A stretch of 30,870 nt of DNA from Octopus sinensis (Eukaryota), in contig NW_021824417.1 of NCBI RefSeq assembly GCF_006345805.1, forward strand, positions 1-30,870. Reading direction: 5' to 3'. A program made the translations under genes and the position numbers. Positions 10,344-23,824 of the stretch are shown here, piece after piece; positions within the stretch are counted from its first letter, which is position 1, and every line of letters starts with the position of its first letter. The notes below the pieces were generated by a model that searched no databases, was not told where the DNA came from, and saw only the letters and a list, made by a program, of their open reading frames with translations.

Positions 10344-10395
10344 AACCGTCCAACCCATGCTAGCATGGAGAACGGACGTTAAACGGCGATGATGA
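10344..10395 (+). other. LINE 3'-terminal stem-loop and (GAT)n tail
   Basis: CCATGCTAGCATGG palindrome (10355-10368) enclosed by CGTCC/GGACG, then TTAAACGGCGATGATGA. A short-repeat tail instead of poly(A) is typical of RTE-clade LINEs. Confidence 0.8.
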
Positions 10396-10510
10396 ATATA
10401 CAGTATATATATATACATATATAGATAACATATATATATATATTATATATAGATATATATATATATAATATTATATATATATATTATAGTAGATATTATA
10501 TATATATATA
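10396..10510. repeat. (TA)n spacer, right half of the LINE target; 10396-10416 is the putative right TSD
   Basis: ATATACAGTATATATATATAC directly follows the GATGATGA tail. Confidence 0.85.
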
Positions 10511-10735
10511 TAGTTGTATCAGTTTGTACTATAATACCGAGATTCCTAGTTTCTTTCAGATTGTACTATAATATCCAATAATTCCTAGTTTTATATGTAC
10601 TTAATACAATAGATTCCTAGTTTTATCAGATTTGTAATAATACAATAGGTCCTAGGTTTATCAGTTGTACTATAATACCATTAGATTCTAGTTTTATCAG
10701 ATTGTACTATAATATAGTACGATCTGATAAACTAG
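10511..10735 (+). repeat. Medium 37-bp cassette (~5 noisy monomers + cap), start lacking the C
   Basis: Starts TAGTTG.. from the TA run and ends ...TATAGTACGATCTGATAAACTAG. Confidence 0.88.
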
Positions 10736-10766
10736 ATATATATATATTATAGATATATATAAATAG

Positions 10767-10800
<34 letters not shown>

Positions 10801-10972
10801 AGTTGTATATATATAATATATATATATACATATATATATATATAATATTATATAACAATATAATATATATTACATATACTATATATATATATAGATATAT
10901 AACATATATCATATTTATAACTATATATATATATATAATTATATATATATATATATACATATATAAATATAT
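10736..10972. repeat. (TA)n spacer
   Basis: TA run ending CATATATAAATATAT. Confidence 0.95.
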
Positions 10973-13900
10973 CTAGTTTTATCAGATTGTACTATAATAC
11001 CATAGATTCCTAGTTTTCTCAGATTGGACTATAAAACATAGATTCCTAGTTTTATCAGATTGTACTAATAAAATAGATTCCTAGTTTTATCAGATTGTAC
11101 TATAAACCATAGATTCCTAGTTTTATCAGATTGTACTATAATACAATAGATTCCTAGTTTTGTCAGATTGTACTATATCAAAAGATTCCTAGTTTTATCA
11201 GATTGTACTATAATAAAATAGATTCCTAGTTTTATCAGATTGTACTATAATACAATCGATTCCTAGTTTTATCAGATTGTTATATATACAATAGATTCCT
11301 AGTTTTGTCAGATTGTACTATATTACAATAGATTCTAGTTTTATTAGATTGTACTAATACAATAGATTCCTAGTTTTATCAGATTGTACTATAATACAAT
11401 AGATTCCTAGTTTTATCAGATTGTACTATAATAAAATAGATTCCTAGTTTTATCAGATTGTACTATAATACAATCGATTCCTAGTTTTTATCAGATTGTA
11501 CTATAATACAATAGATTCCTAGTTTTGTCAGATTGTACTATAATACAATAGAGTTCCTAGTTTTATTAGATTGTACTATAATACAATAGATTCCAGTTTT
11601 ATCAGATTGTACTATAATACAATAGATTCCTAGTTTTATCAGATTGTACTATAATAAAACATAGATTCTAGTTTTATCAGATTGTACTATAATACAATAG
11701 ATTCCTAGTTTGTCAGATTGTACTATAATACAATAGATTCTAGTTTTATCAGATTGTACTATAATACAATAGATTCCTAGTTTTATCAGATTGTACTATA
11801 ATACAATAGATTCCTAGTTTTACTCAGATGTACTATAATACAATAGATTCCTAGTTTTATCAGATTGTACTATAATACATAGATTCCTAGTTTTATCAGA
11901 TTGTACTATAATACAATAGATCCTCGTTTTATCAGATTGTACTATAATACAATAGATTCCTAGTTTTATCAGATTGTACTATAATACAATAGATTCCTAG
12001 TTTTATCAGATTGTACTATAATACAATAGATTCCTACTTTTGTCAGATTGTACTATAATACAATAGATTCCTAGTTTTATCAGATTGTACTATAATACAA
12101 TAGATTCCTAGTTTTATCAGATTGTAACTATAATACAATAGATTCCTAGTTTCGTCAGATTGTACTATAATACAATAGTTCTAGTTTTATCAGATTGTAC
12201 TATTTTTAATACAATAGATACCTAGTTTTATCAGATTGTATACTAATACCAATAGATTCCTAGTTTTATCAGATTGTACTATAATACAATAGATTCTAGT
12301 TTTATCAGATTGTACTATAATACAATAGATTCCTAGTTTTATCAGATTGTACTATAATACAATAGATTCCTAGTTTTATCTGATTGTACTATAATACAAT
12401 AGATTCCTAGTTTTATCAGATTGTACTATAACATAATAGATTCCTAGTTTTGTCAGATTGTACTATAATACAATAGATTCCTAGTTTTGTCAGATTGTAC
12501 TATAATACAATAGATTCCCAGTTTTATCAGATGGTACTATAATACAATAGATTCCTAGTTTTGTCAGATTGGACTATAAAACCATAGATTCCTAGTTTTA
12601 TCAGATTGTACTATAATACAATAGATTCCTAGTTTTATCAGATTGTACTATAATACCATAGATTCCTAGTTTTATCAGATTGTACTATAATACAATAGAT
12701 TCCTAGTTTTTGTCAGTTTGTACTATAATACAATAGATCCTAGTTTCATCAGATTGTACTATAATACAATAGATTCCTAGTTTTATCAGATTGTACTATA
12801 ATACAATAGATTCCTAGTGTTATCAGATTGTACTATAATACAATCGATTCCTAGTTTTATCAGATTGTACTAAATACAATAGATTCTAGTTTTGTCAGAT
12901 TGTACTATAATACAATAGATTCCTAGTTTTTCGATTGTACTATAATACAATAGATTCCTAGTTTTATCAGATTGTACTATAATACAATAGATTCCTAGTT
13001 TTATCAGATTGTACTATATATAAAATAGATTCCTAGTTTTATCAGATTGTACTATAATACAATAGATTCCTAGTTTGTCAGATTGTACTATAATACAATA
13101 GATTCCTAGTTTTATCAGATTGTACTATAATACATAGATTCCTAGTTTTATCAGATTGTACTATAATACAATAGATTCCTAGTTTTATCAGATTGTACTA
13201 TAATACAATAGATTCCTAGTTTTGTCAGATTGTACTATAATACAATAGATTCCTAGTTTTATCAGATTGTACTATAATACAATAGATTCCTAGTTTTATC
13301 AGATGTACTATAATACAATAGATTCCTAGTTTTATCAGAGATTGTACTATAATACAATAGATTCCTAGTTTTATCAGATTGTACTATAATACAATAGATT
13401 CTAGTTTTATCAGATTGTACTATAATACAATAAATCCTACTTTTGTCAGATTGTACTATAATACAATAGATTCCTAGTTTTATCAGATTGTACTATAATA
13501 CAATAGATTCCTAGTTTATCAGATTGTACTATAATACAATAGATTCCTAGTTCGTCAGATTGTACTAAATACAATAGATTCCTAGTTTCATCAGATTGTA
13601 CTATAATACAATAGATACCTAGTTTTATCAGATTGTACTATAATACAATAGATTCCTAGTTTTATCAGATTGTACATAATACAATAGATTCCAGTTTTAT
13701 CAGATTGTACTATAATACAATAGATCTAGTTTTATCAGATTGTACTATAATCAATAGATTCCTAGTTTTATCTGATTGTACAATAATAAAATAGATTCCT
13801 AGTTTATCAGATTGTACTATAATACAATAGATTCCTAGTTTTATCAGATTGTACTATAATATAATAGATTCCTAGTTTTGTCAGATTGTACATAATACAA

Positions 13901-16900
13901 TAGATTCCCAGTTTTATCAGATGTACTATAATACAATAGATTCCTAGTTTTGTCAGATTGTACTATAATACCATAGATTCCTAGTTTATCAGATTGTTAC
14001 TATAATACAATAGATTCCTAGTTTTATCAGATTGTACTATATATACAATAGATTCCTAGTTTTATCAGATTGTACTATAATACAATAGATTCCTAGTTTT
14101 ATCAGATTGTACTATAATACAATAGATTCCTAGTTTTATCAGATTGTACTATAATACAATAGATTCCTAGTTTTATCAGATTGTACTATAATACAATAGA
14201 TTCCTAGTTTTATCAGATTGTACTATAATACAATAGATTCCTAGTTTTATCAGATTGTACTATAATACAATAGATTCCTACTTTTGTCAGATTGTACTAT
14301 AATACAATAGATTCCTAGTTTTTTCAGATTGTACTATAATACAATAGATTCCTAGTTTTATCAGATGTACTAAATACAATAATATTCCTAGTTTCGTCAG
14401 ATTGTACTATAATACAATAGATCCTAGTTTTATCAGATTGCTATAATATAATAGATACCTAGTTTTTATCAGGATTGTACTATAATACAATAGATTCCTA
14501 GTTTTATCAGATTGTACTATAATACAATAGATTCCTAGTTTATCAGATTGTACTATAATACAATAGATTCCTTTTATCAAGATTGTACTATAATACAATA
14601 GATTCCTAGTTTTATCTGATTGTACTATAATACAATAAATTCCTAGTTTTATCAGATTGTACTATAATATAATAGATTCCTAGTTTTGTCAGATTGTACT
14701 ATAATACAATAGATTCCTAGTTTTGTCAGATTGTACTATAATACAATAGATTCCCAGTTTTATCAGATTGTACTATAATACAATAGATTCCTTGTTTTGT
14801 CAGATTGTACTGTAATACCATAGATTCCTAGTTTTATCAGATTGTACTTTAATACCATAGATTCCTAGTTTTATCAGATTCCTAGTTTTGTGAGATTGTA
14901 CTATAATACAATAGATTCCTTGTTTCATCAGATTATACTATAATACAATAGATTCCTAGTTTTATCAGATTGTACTATAATACAATAGATTCCTAGTTTT
15001 ATCAGATTGTACTATAATAAAATAGATTCCTAGTTTTATCAGATTGTACTATAATACTATAGATTCCTTGTTTTGTCAGATTGTACTATAATACAATAGA
15101 TTCCTAGTTTTATCAGATTGTACTATAATACAATAGATTCCTAGTTTTATCAGATTGTACTATAATACAATAGATTACTAGTTTTATCAGATTGTACTAT
15201 AATACAATAGATTCCTAGTTTTATCAGATTGTACTATAATACAATAGATTCCTAGTTTTATCAGATTGTACTATAATACAATAGATTCCTAGTTGTATCA
15301 GATTGTACTATAATACAATAGATTCCTAGTTTTATCAGATTGTACTATAATACAATAGATTCCTAGTTTTATCAGATTGTACTATAATACCATAGATTCC
15401 TAGTTTTATCAGATTGTACTATAATACAATAGATTCCTAGTTTTGTCAGATTGTACTATAACACAATAGATTCCTAGTTCATCAGATTGTACTATTATAC
15501 AAAGATTCCTAGTTTTATCAGATTGTACTATAATAAAATAGATTCCTAGTTTTATCAGATTCTACTATAATACAATCGATTCCTAGTTTTATCAGATTGT
15601 ACTATAATACAATAGATTCCTAGTTTTGTCAGATTGTACTATAATACAAAGATTCCTAGTTTATCAGATTGTACTATAATACAATAGATTCCTAGTTTTA
15701 TCAGATTGTACTATAATACAATAGATTCCTAGTTTTATCAGATTGTACTATAATACAATAGATTCCTAGTTTTATCAGATTGTACTATAATACAATAGAT
15801 TCCTAGTTTTATCAGATTGTACTATAATACCATAGATTCCTAGTTTTATCAGATTGTACTATAATACAATAGATTCCTAGTTTTATCAGATTGTACTATA
15901 ATACAATAGATTCCTAGTTTTATCAGATTGTACTATAATACAATAGATTCCTAGTTTATCAGATTGTACTATAATACAATAGATTCCTAGTTTTATCAGA
16001 TTGTACTATAATACAATAGATTCCTAGTTTTATCAGATTGTACTATAATACATAGATTCCAGTTTTATCAGATTGTACTATAATACAATAGATTCCTAGT
16101 TTTATCAGATTGTACTATAATACCATAGATTCCTAGTTTTATCAGATTGTACTATAATACCATAGATTCTAGTTTTATCAGATTCTAGTTTTTCAGATTG
16201 TACTATAATACAATAGATTCCTAGTTTTATCAGATTGTACTATAAAAAAAGTTTTACTATAATACATAGATTCCTAGTAGTTTTATCAGATTGTACTATA
16301 ATACAATAGATTCCTAGTTTTATCAGATTGTACTATAATACAATAGATTCCTAGTTTTATCAGATTGTACTATAATACAATAGATTCCTAGTTTATCAGA
16401 TTGTACTATAATACAATATATTCCTAGTTTTACCAGATTGTACTATAATACAATAGATTCCCAGTTTTATCAGATTGTACTATAATACAATAGATTCCTA
16501 GTTTTATCAGATTGTACTATAATACAATAGATTCCTAGTTTTGTCAGATTGTACTATAATCAATAGATTCCTAGTTTTATCAGATTGTACTATAATACAA
16601 TAGATTCCTAGTTTTATCAGATTGTACTATAATACAATAGATTCCTAGTTTTGTCAGATTGTACTATAATACCATAGATTACTAGTTATCAGATTCTAGT
16701 TTTGTAGTTGTACTAAATACCATAGATTCCTAGTTTTATCAGATTGTACTATAATACATAGATTCCTAGTTTTATCAGATTGTACTATAATACAATAGAT
16801 TCCTAGTTTTGTCAGATTGTACTATAATACAATAGATTCCTAGTTTATCAGATTGTACTATAATACATAGATTCCTAGTTTTATCAGATTGTACTATAAT

Positions 16901-19900
16901 ACAATAGATTCCTAGTTTATCAGATGTACTATAATACAATAGATTCCTAGTTTTATCAGATTGTACTATAATACAATAGATTCCTAGTTTTATCAGATTG
17001 TACTATAATACAATAGATTCCTAGTTTTGTCAGATTGTACTATAATACAATAGATTCCTAGTTTTGTCAGATTGTACTATAATACAATAGATTCCTAGTT
17101 TATCAGATTGTACTATAATACAATAGATTCCTAGTTTTATCAGATTGTACTATAATACAATAGATTCCTAGTTTTATCAGATTGTACTATAATACAATAG
17201 ATTCCTAGTTTTGTCAGATTGTACTATAATACAATAGATTCCTAGTTTTATCAGATTGTACTATAATACAATAGATTCCTAGTTTTATCAGATTGTACTA
17301 TAATACAATAGATTCCTAGTTTTATCAGATTGTACTATAATACAATAGATTCCTAGTTTTATCAGATTGTAATATAATACCATAGATTCCTATTTAATCA
17401 GATTCCTAGTTTTGTCAGATTGTACTATAATACAATAGATTCCTAGTTTTATCAGATTGTACTATAATACAATAGATTCCTAGTTTTATCAGATTGTACT
17501 ATATACAATAGATTCCTAGTTTTATCAGATTGTACTATAATACAATAGATTCCTAGTTTTATCAGATTGTACTATAATACAATAGATTCCTAGTTTTATC
17601 AGATTGTACTATAATACAATAGATTCCTAGTTTGTCAGATGTACTATAATACAATAGATCCTAGTTTTATCAGATTGTACTATAATAAATAGATTCCTAG
17701 TTTTATCAGATTGTACTATAATACAATAGATTCCTAGTTTTATCAGATTGTACTATAATACAATAGATTCCTAGTTTTATCAGATTGTACTATAATACAA
17801 TAGATTCCTAGTTTTATCAGATGTACTATAATACATAGATTCCTAGTTTGATCAGATTGTACTATAATACAATAGATTCCTAGTTTTATCAGATTGTACT
17901 ATAATACAATAGATTCCTAGTTTTATCAGATTGTACTATAATACAATAGATTCCTAGTTTTATCAGATTGTACTATAATACAATAGATTCCTAGTTTTAT
18001 CAGATTGTACTATAATACAATAGATTCCTAATTTTATCAGATTGTACTATAATACAATAGATTCCTAGTTTTGTCAGATTGTACTATAATACAATAGATT
18101 CCTAGTCTTGTCAGATTGTACTATAATACAATAGATTCCCAGTTTTATCAGATTGTACTATAATACAATAGATTCCTAGTTTTGTCAGATTGTACTATAA
18201 TACCATAGATTCCTAGTTTTATCAGATTCCTAGTTTTGTCAGGATGTACTATAATACCATAGATTCCTAGTTTTATCAGATTGTACTATAATACAATAGA
18301 TTCCTCGTTTTATCAGATTGTACTATAATACAATAGATTCCTAGTTTTATCAGATTGTACTATAATACAATAGATTCCTAGTTTATCAGATTGTACTATA
18401 ATACAATAGATTCCTAGTTTTATCAGATTGTACTATAATACAATAGATTCCTAGTTTTATCAGATGTACTATAAACAATAGATTCCTAGTTTTGTCAGAG
18501 ATACTGTATTAATACAATAGATTCCCAGTTTTATCAGATTGTACTATAATACAATAGATTCCTAGTTTTGTCAGATTGTACTATAATACAATAGATTCCT
18601 AGTTTTGTCAGATTGTACTTAAAACATAGATTCCTAGTTTTGTCAGATTGTACTATAATACAATAGATTCCTAGTTTTATCAGATTGTACTATAATACAA
18701 TAGATTCCTAGTTTTATGAGATTGTACTATAATACAATAGATTCCTAGTTTTATCAGATTGTACTATAATACAATAGATTCCTAGTTTTATCAGATTGTA
18801 CTATAATATAATAGATTCCTAGCTTTATCAGATTGTACTATAATACAATAGATTCCTAGTTTTATCAGATTGTACTATAATACAATATATTCCTAGTTTT
18901 GTCAGATTGTACTATAATACAATAGATTCCTAGTTTTGTCAGATTGTACTATAATACAAAGGATTCCCAGTTTTATCAGATTGTACTATAATACAATAGA
19001 TTCCTAGTTTTGTCAGATTGTACTATAATAACATAGATTCCTAGTTTTATCAGAATGTACTATAATACCATAGATTCCTAGTTTTATCAGATTCCTAGTT
19101 TTGTCAGTTTGTAGTATAATACCATAGATTCCTAGTTTTATCAGATTGTACTATAATACAATAGATTCCAATTTTATCAGATTGTACTATAATACAATAG
19201 ATTCCTAGATTTATCAGATTGTACTATAATACAATAGATTCCTAGTTTATCAGATTGTACTATAATACAATAGATTCCTAGTTTTGTCAGATTGTACTAT
19301 AATACAATAGATTCCTAGTTTTGTCAGATTGTACTATAATACAATAGATTCCCAGTTTTATCAGATTGTACATAATACAATAGATTCCTAGTTTTATCAG
19401 ATGTACTATAATACAATGATTCCTAGTTTTATCAGATTGTACTATAATACCATAGATTCCTAGTTATCAGATTCCTTTTGTCAGATTGTACTATAATACC
19501 ATAGATTCCTAGTTTTATCAGATTGTACTATAATACAATAGATTCCTAGATTGTACATCAGATTGTACTTATAATACCAATGAGATTCCTAGTTTTATCA
19601 GATTGTACTATAATACAATAGATTCCTAGTTTATCAAGATTGTACTATAATACATAGATTCCTAGTTTTATCAGATTGTACTATAATACAATAGATTCCT
19701 AGTTTTATCAGATTGTACTAATACAATAGATTCCTAGTTTTATCAGATTGTACTATAATACAATAGATTCCTAGTTTTACAGATTGTACTATAATACAAT
19801 AGATTCCTAGTTTATCAGATTGTACTATAATACAATAGATTCCTAGTTTTGTCAGATTGTACTATAATACAATAGATTCCTAGTTTTATCAGATGTTGTA

Positions 19901-20183
19901 CTATAATACACTAGATTCCTAGTTTTATCAGATTGTACTATAATACAATAGATTCCTAGTTTTGTCAGATTGTACCATAAACAATAGATTCCTAGTTTTA
20001 TCAGATGTACTATAATACAATAGATTCCTAGTTTGACAGATTGTACTATAATACAATAGATTCCTAGTTTTGTCAGATTGTACTATAATACAATAGATTC
20101 CTAGTTTTATCAGATTGTACTATAATACAATAGATTCCTAGTTTTAAAATTGTATATTAATTAGTACAATCTGATAAAACTAG
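10973..20183 (+). repeat. Very long 37-bp satellite cassette (~9.2 kb, ~250 monomers) with terminal inverted arm
   Basis: Uninterrupted head-to-tail 37-mers, ending ...TTAGTACAATCTGATAAAACTAG at 20183. Confidence 0.97.
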
Positions 20184-20340
20184 ATATATTTATATATATA
20201 TATATATGTATTATATATATATACATTATAAATATTATTATATTATATATATAGATATATATATATATATATATATATATACTATATATATTAATATATA
20301 TTATATAGATATCACATATATATATATATTCAATATATAT
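20184..20340. repeat. (TA)n spacer
   Basis: TA run. Confidence 0.95.
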
Positions 20341-20463
20341 CTAGTTTTATCAGATTGTACTATAATACAATAGATTCCTAGTTTTATCAGATTGTACTAT
20401 AATACATAGATTCCTAGTTTTATCAGATTGTACTATAATTATAGTACAATCTGATAAAACTAG
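20341..20463 (+). repeat. Short cassette: 2 monomers + perfect 50-bp palindrome (20414-20463)
   Basis: 123 bp, about 2x37+50, flanked by TA runs. Confidence 0.93.
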
Positions 20464-20482
20464 ATAGATTATATAGATATGT

Positions 20483-20526
<44 letters not shown>

Positions 20527-20652
20527 TATATATCTAGATAATATTATAATATATATACTACAGTATATATATATACATATATATATACATATTATATATA
20601 TATATATGATATAATATACTATATACACATATATATTAGATATATCTATATA

Positions 20653-20683
<31 letters not shown>

Positions 20684-20687
20684 TATA

Positions 20688-20722
<35 letters not shown>

Positions 20723-20755
20723 TATATATATGTAATACATATATATTATACATTA
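20464..20755. repeat. (TA)n spacer with CAGTATATATATATAC landmark (20561)
   Basis: TA run. Positionally equivalent to the spacer holding the LINE, but empty. Confidence 0.93.
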
Positions 20756-21100
20756 TAGTTTTATCAGATTGTACTATAATACCATAGATTCCTAGTTTTA
20801 TCAGATTGTACTACAATACCATAGATTCCTAGTTTTAGTTTTATCATTGTACTATAATACAATAGATTCCTAGTTTTATCAGATTGTACTAAAATACAAT
20901 AGATTCCTAGTTTTATCAGATTGTACTATAATACAATAGATTCCTAGTTTATCCGATTGTACTATAATACAATAGATTCCTAGTTTTATCAGATTGTACT
21001 ATAATACAGTATTCCTAGTTTTATCAGATTGTACTATAATACCATAGATTCTAGTTTTATCAGATTGTACTATAATTATAGTACAATCTGATAAAACTAG
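20756..21100 (+). repeat. Medium cassette: ~8 monomers + perfect palindrome (21051-21100)
   Basis: C-less start TAGTTTT, with CTACAATACC and TACAGT variants. Confidence 0.93.
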
Positions 21101-21435
21101 ATATAATTATATATATATATGTATTGTATATATATATATATATATATTATTATAGATATATATATATATATATATAGTATATGAGTATATATATATATAT
21201 AAATATAGATATATACATTATATATATATATATATAGATATATATACAGTATATATATATACATATATATATACATATATATATATATATCTATATATTA
21301 TATACATATATATATATATATAGATATATCATACACATATATACTATATATTACATATCTATATATATATATATACTATAATATATATATTTATATATAT
21401 AGATATATATATATATATTATACATATAAATATAT
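21101..21435. repeat. (TA)n spacer
   Basis: TA run with CAGTAT (~21247), ending CATATAAATATAT. Confidence 0.95.
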
Positions 21436-22677
21436 CTAGTTTTATCAGATTGTACTATAATACCATAGATTCCTAGTTTTCTCAGATTGGACTATAAAAC
21501 CATAGTTTCCTAGTTTTATCAGATTGTACTATAATACAATAGATTCCTAGTTTTATCAGATTGTACTATAATACCATAGATTCCTAGTTTTATCAGATTG
21601 TACTATAATACAATAGATTCCTAGTTTTGTCAGATTGTACTATAATACAATAGATTCCTAGTTTCATCAGATTGTACTATAATACAATATATTCCTAGTT
21701 TTATCAGATTGTACTATAATACAATAGATTCCTAGTTTATCAGATTGTACTATAATAAAATAGATCCTAGTTTTATCAGATTGTAGTATAATACATAGAT
21801 TCCTAGTTTTGTCAGATTGTACTATAATACAATAGATTCCTAGTTTTATCAGATTGTACTATAATACAATAGATTCCTAGTTTTATCAGATTGTACTATA
21901 TATAATAGATTCCTAGTTTATCAGATTGTACTATAATACAATAGATTCCTAGTTTTATCAGATTGTACTATAATACAATAGATTCCTATTTTATCAGATT
22001 GTACTATAATACAATAGATTCCTGTTTTATCAGATTGTACTATAATACAATAGATTCCTAGTTTTATCTGATTGTACTATAATACAAAAGATTCCTAGTT
22101 TTATCAGATTGTACTATAATACAATAGATTCCTAGTTTTATCAGATTGTACTTTAATGCCATAGATTCCTAGTTTTATCAGATTCCTAGTTTCGTCAGAT
22201 TGTACTATAATACAATAGATTCCTAGTTTTATCAGATTGTACTATAATACAATAGATTCCTAGTTTTATCAGATTGTACTATAATACAATAGATTCCTAC
22301 TTTTGTCAGATTGTACTATAATATAATAGATCCCCAGTATAATCAGATTGTACTATAATACAATAGATTCCTAGTTTTATCAGATTGTACTATAATACAA
22401 TAGATTCCTAGTTTTATCAGATTGTACTAATTAACAATAGATTCCTAGTTTTATCAGATTGTACTATAATACAATAGATTCCAGTTTTATCAGATTGTAC
22501 TATAATACAATAGATTCCTAGTTTATCAGATTGTACTATAATACCATAGATTCCTAGTTTTGTCAGATGTTACTATAATACAATAGATTCTAGTTTTATC
22601 AGATTGTACTATAATACAATAGATTCCTATTTTTTCAAAATTGTACTATAATTATAGTTACAATTTGATAAAACTAG
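21436..22677 (+). repeat. Long cassette (~33 monomers) with cap
   Basis: Head marker CTCAGATTGGACTATAAAACC and tail marker TTTTTCAAAATTGTAC. Confidence 0.94.
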
Positions 22678-22709
<32 letters not shown>

Positions 22710-22793
22710 CATATATAATATATATATAGTATATATATATTATATATATATAGATATATATATATATATATAATATATATCTATATATATTAT
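22678..22793. repeat. (TA)n spacer
   Basis: TA run. Confidence 0.95.
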
Positions 22794-22914
22794 CTAGTTT
22801 TATAGATTGTACTATAATACAATAGATTCCTAGTTTTATCAGATTGTACTATAATACCATAGATTCTAGTTTTATCAGATTGTACTATAATTATAGTACA
22901 ATCTGATAAACTAG
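22794..22914 (+). repeat. Short cassette: 2 monomers + palindrome
   Basis: Same layout as 20341-20463. Confidence 0.93.
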
Positions 22915-22930
22915 ATATATAGTATATATG

Positions 22931-22961
<31 letters not shown>

Positions 22962-23007
22962 ATATATATATTATATTACAGTATATATATATACATATAT
23001 ATTATAC

Positions 23008-23061
<54 letters not shown>

Positions 23062-23093
23062 CAGTATATATATATAACATATATAATATATAC

Positions 23094-23160
<67 letters not shown>

Positions 23161-23221
23161 ATATAATAGATATATATATATATATGTATATATTATATGT
23201 ATGTACATATATATATATATA
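22915..23221. repeat. (TA)n spacer with two CAGTAT landmarks (~22979, ~23062)
   Basis: TA run. Confidence 0.93.
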
Positions 23222-23566
23222 TAGTTATCAGATTGTACTATAATACCATAGATTCCTAGTTTTATCAGATTGTACTACAATACCATAGAGTTTCCTAGTT
23301 TTATCAGATTGTACTATAATACAATAGATTCCTAGTTTTATCAGATTGTACTATAATACAATAGATTCCTAGTTTTATCAGATTGCTACTAAATACAATA
23401 GATTCCTAGTTTTATCAGATTGTACTATAATAGAATAGATTCCTAGTTTTATCAGATTGTACTATATACAGTAGATTCCTAGTTTTATCAGATTGTACTA
23501 TAATACCATAGATATTCCTAGTTTATCAGATTGTACTATAATTATAGTACAATCTGATAAAACTAG
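23222..23566 (+). repeat. Medium cassette: ~8 monomers + palindrome
   Basis: C-less start, with CTACAATACC and TACAGTAG variants as in 20756-21100. Confidence 0.93.
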
Positions 23567-23706
23567 ATATATATATATATAATATATATATGTATATATA
23601 TACATACAATATATATATATTATATATATATATATATAATGTATATATAGATAGATATATATATACATATATATATATATATAAATACAGTATATATATA
23701 TACATA

Positions 23707-23747
<41 letters not shown>

Positions 23748-23763
23748 ATATTATATTATATAG

Positions 23764-23797
<34 letters not shown>

Positions 23798-23824
23798 TAT
23801 ATATATATACATATATAAATATAT
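23567..23824. repeat. (TA)n spacer
   Basis: TA run with CAGTAT (~23688), ending CATATATAAATATAT. Confidence 0.95.

Larger units (their letters stand above)
3707..10395 (+). mobile_element. RTE-clade non-LTR retrotransposon (LINE) insertion, including long repetitive 5' region
   Basis: Single APE+RT ORF, 3' stem-loop, GATGATGA tail, and flanking 21-bp direct repeat (3686-3706 / 10396-10416, 1 mismatch). The LINE call is firm for ~6480-10395. Including 3707-6480 rests on the TSD. Confidence 0.8.

Noticed and set aside
9501-10366. 209-aa and 191-aa minus-strand ORFs and neighbours
   Set aside because: Internally repetitive peptides produced by the GC-rich 3' UTR tandem repeat.
10973-20183. CRISPR array (37-bp repeat with internal hairpin)
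   Set aside because: Repeats are head-to-tail with no unique spacers, there are no cas genes, and the context is eukaryotic.
21051-21100. Palindrome as a protelomerase/hairpin-telomere site or a read fold-back artefact
   Set aside because: No protelomerase or viral genes are present. Only 25 bp is inverted, and it recurs at the same phase 14 times, unlike chimeric fold-back reads that mirror long stretches.
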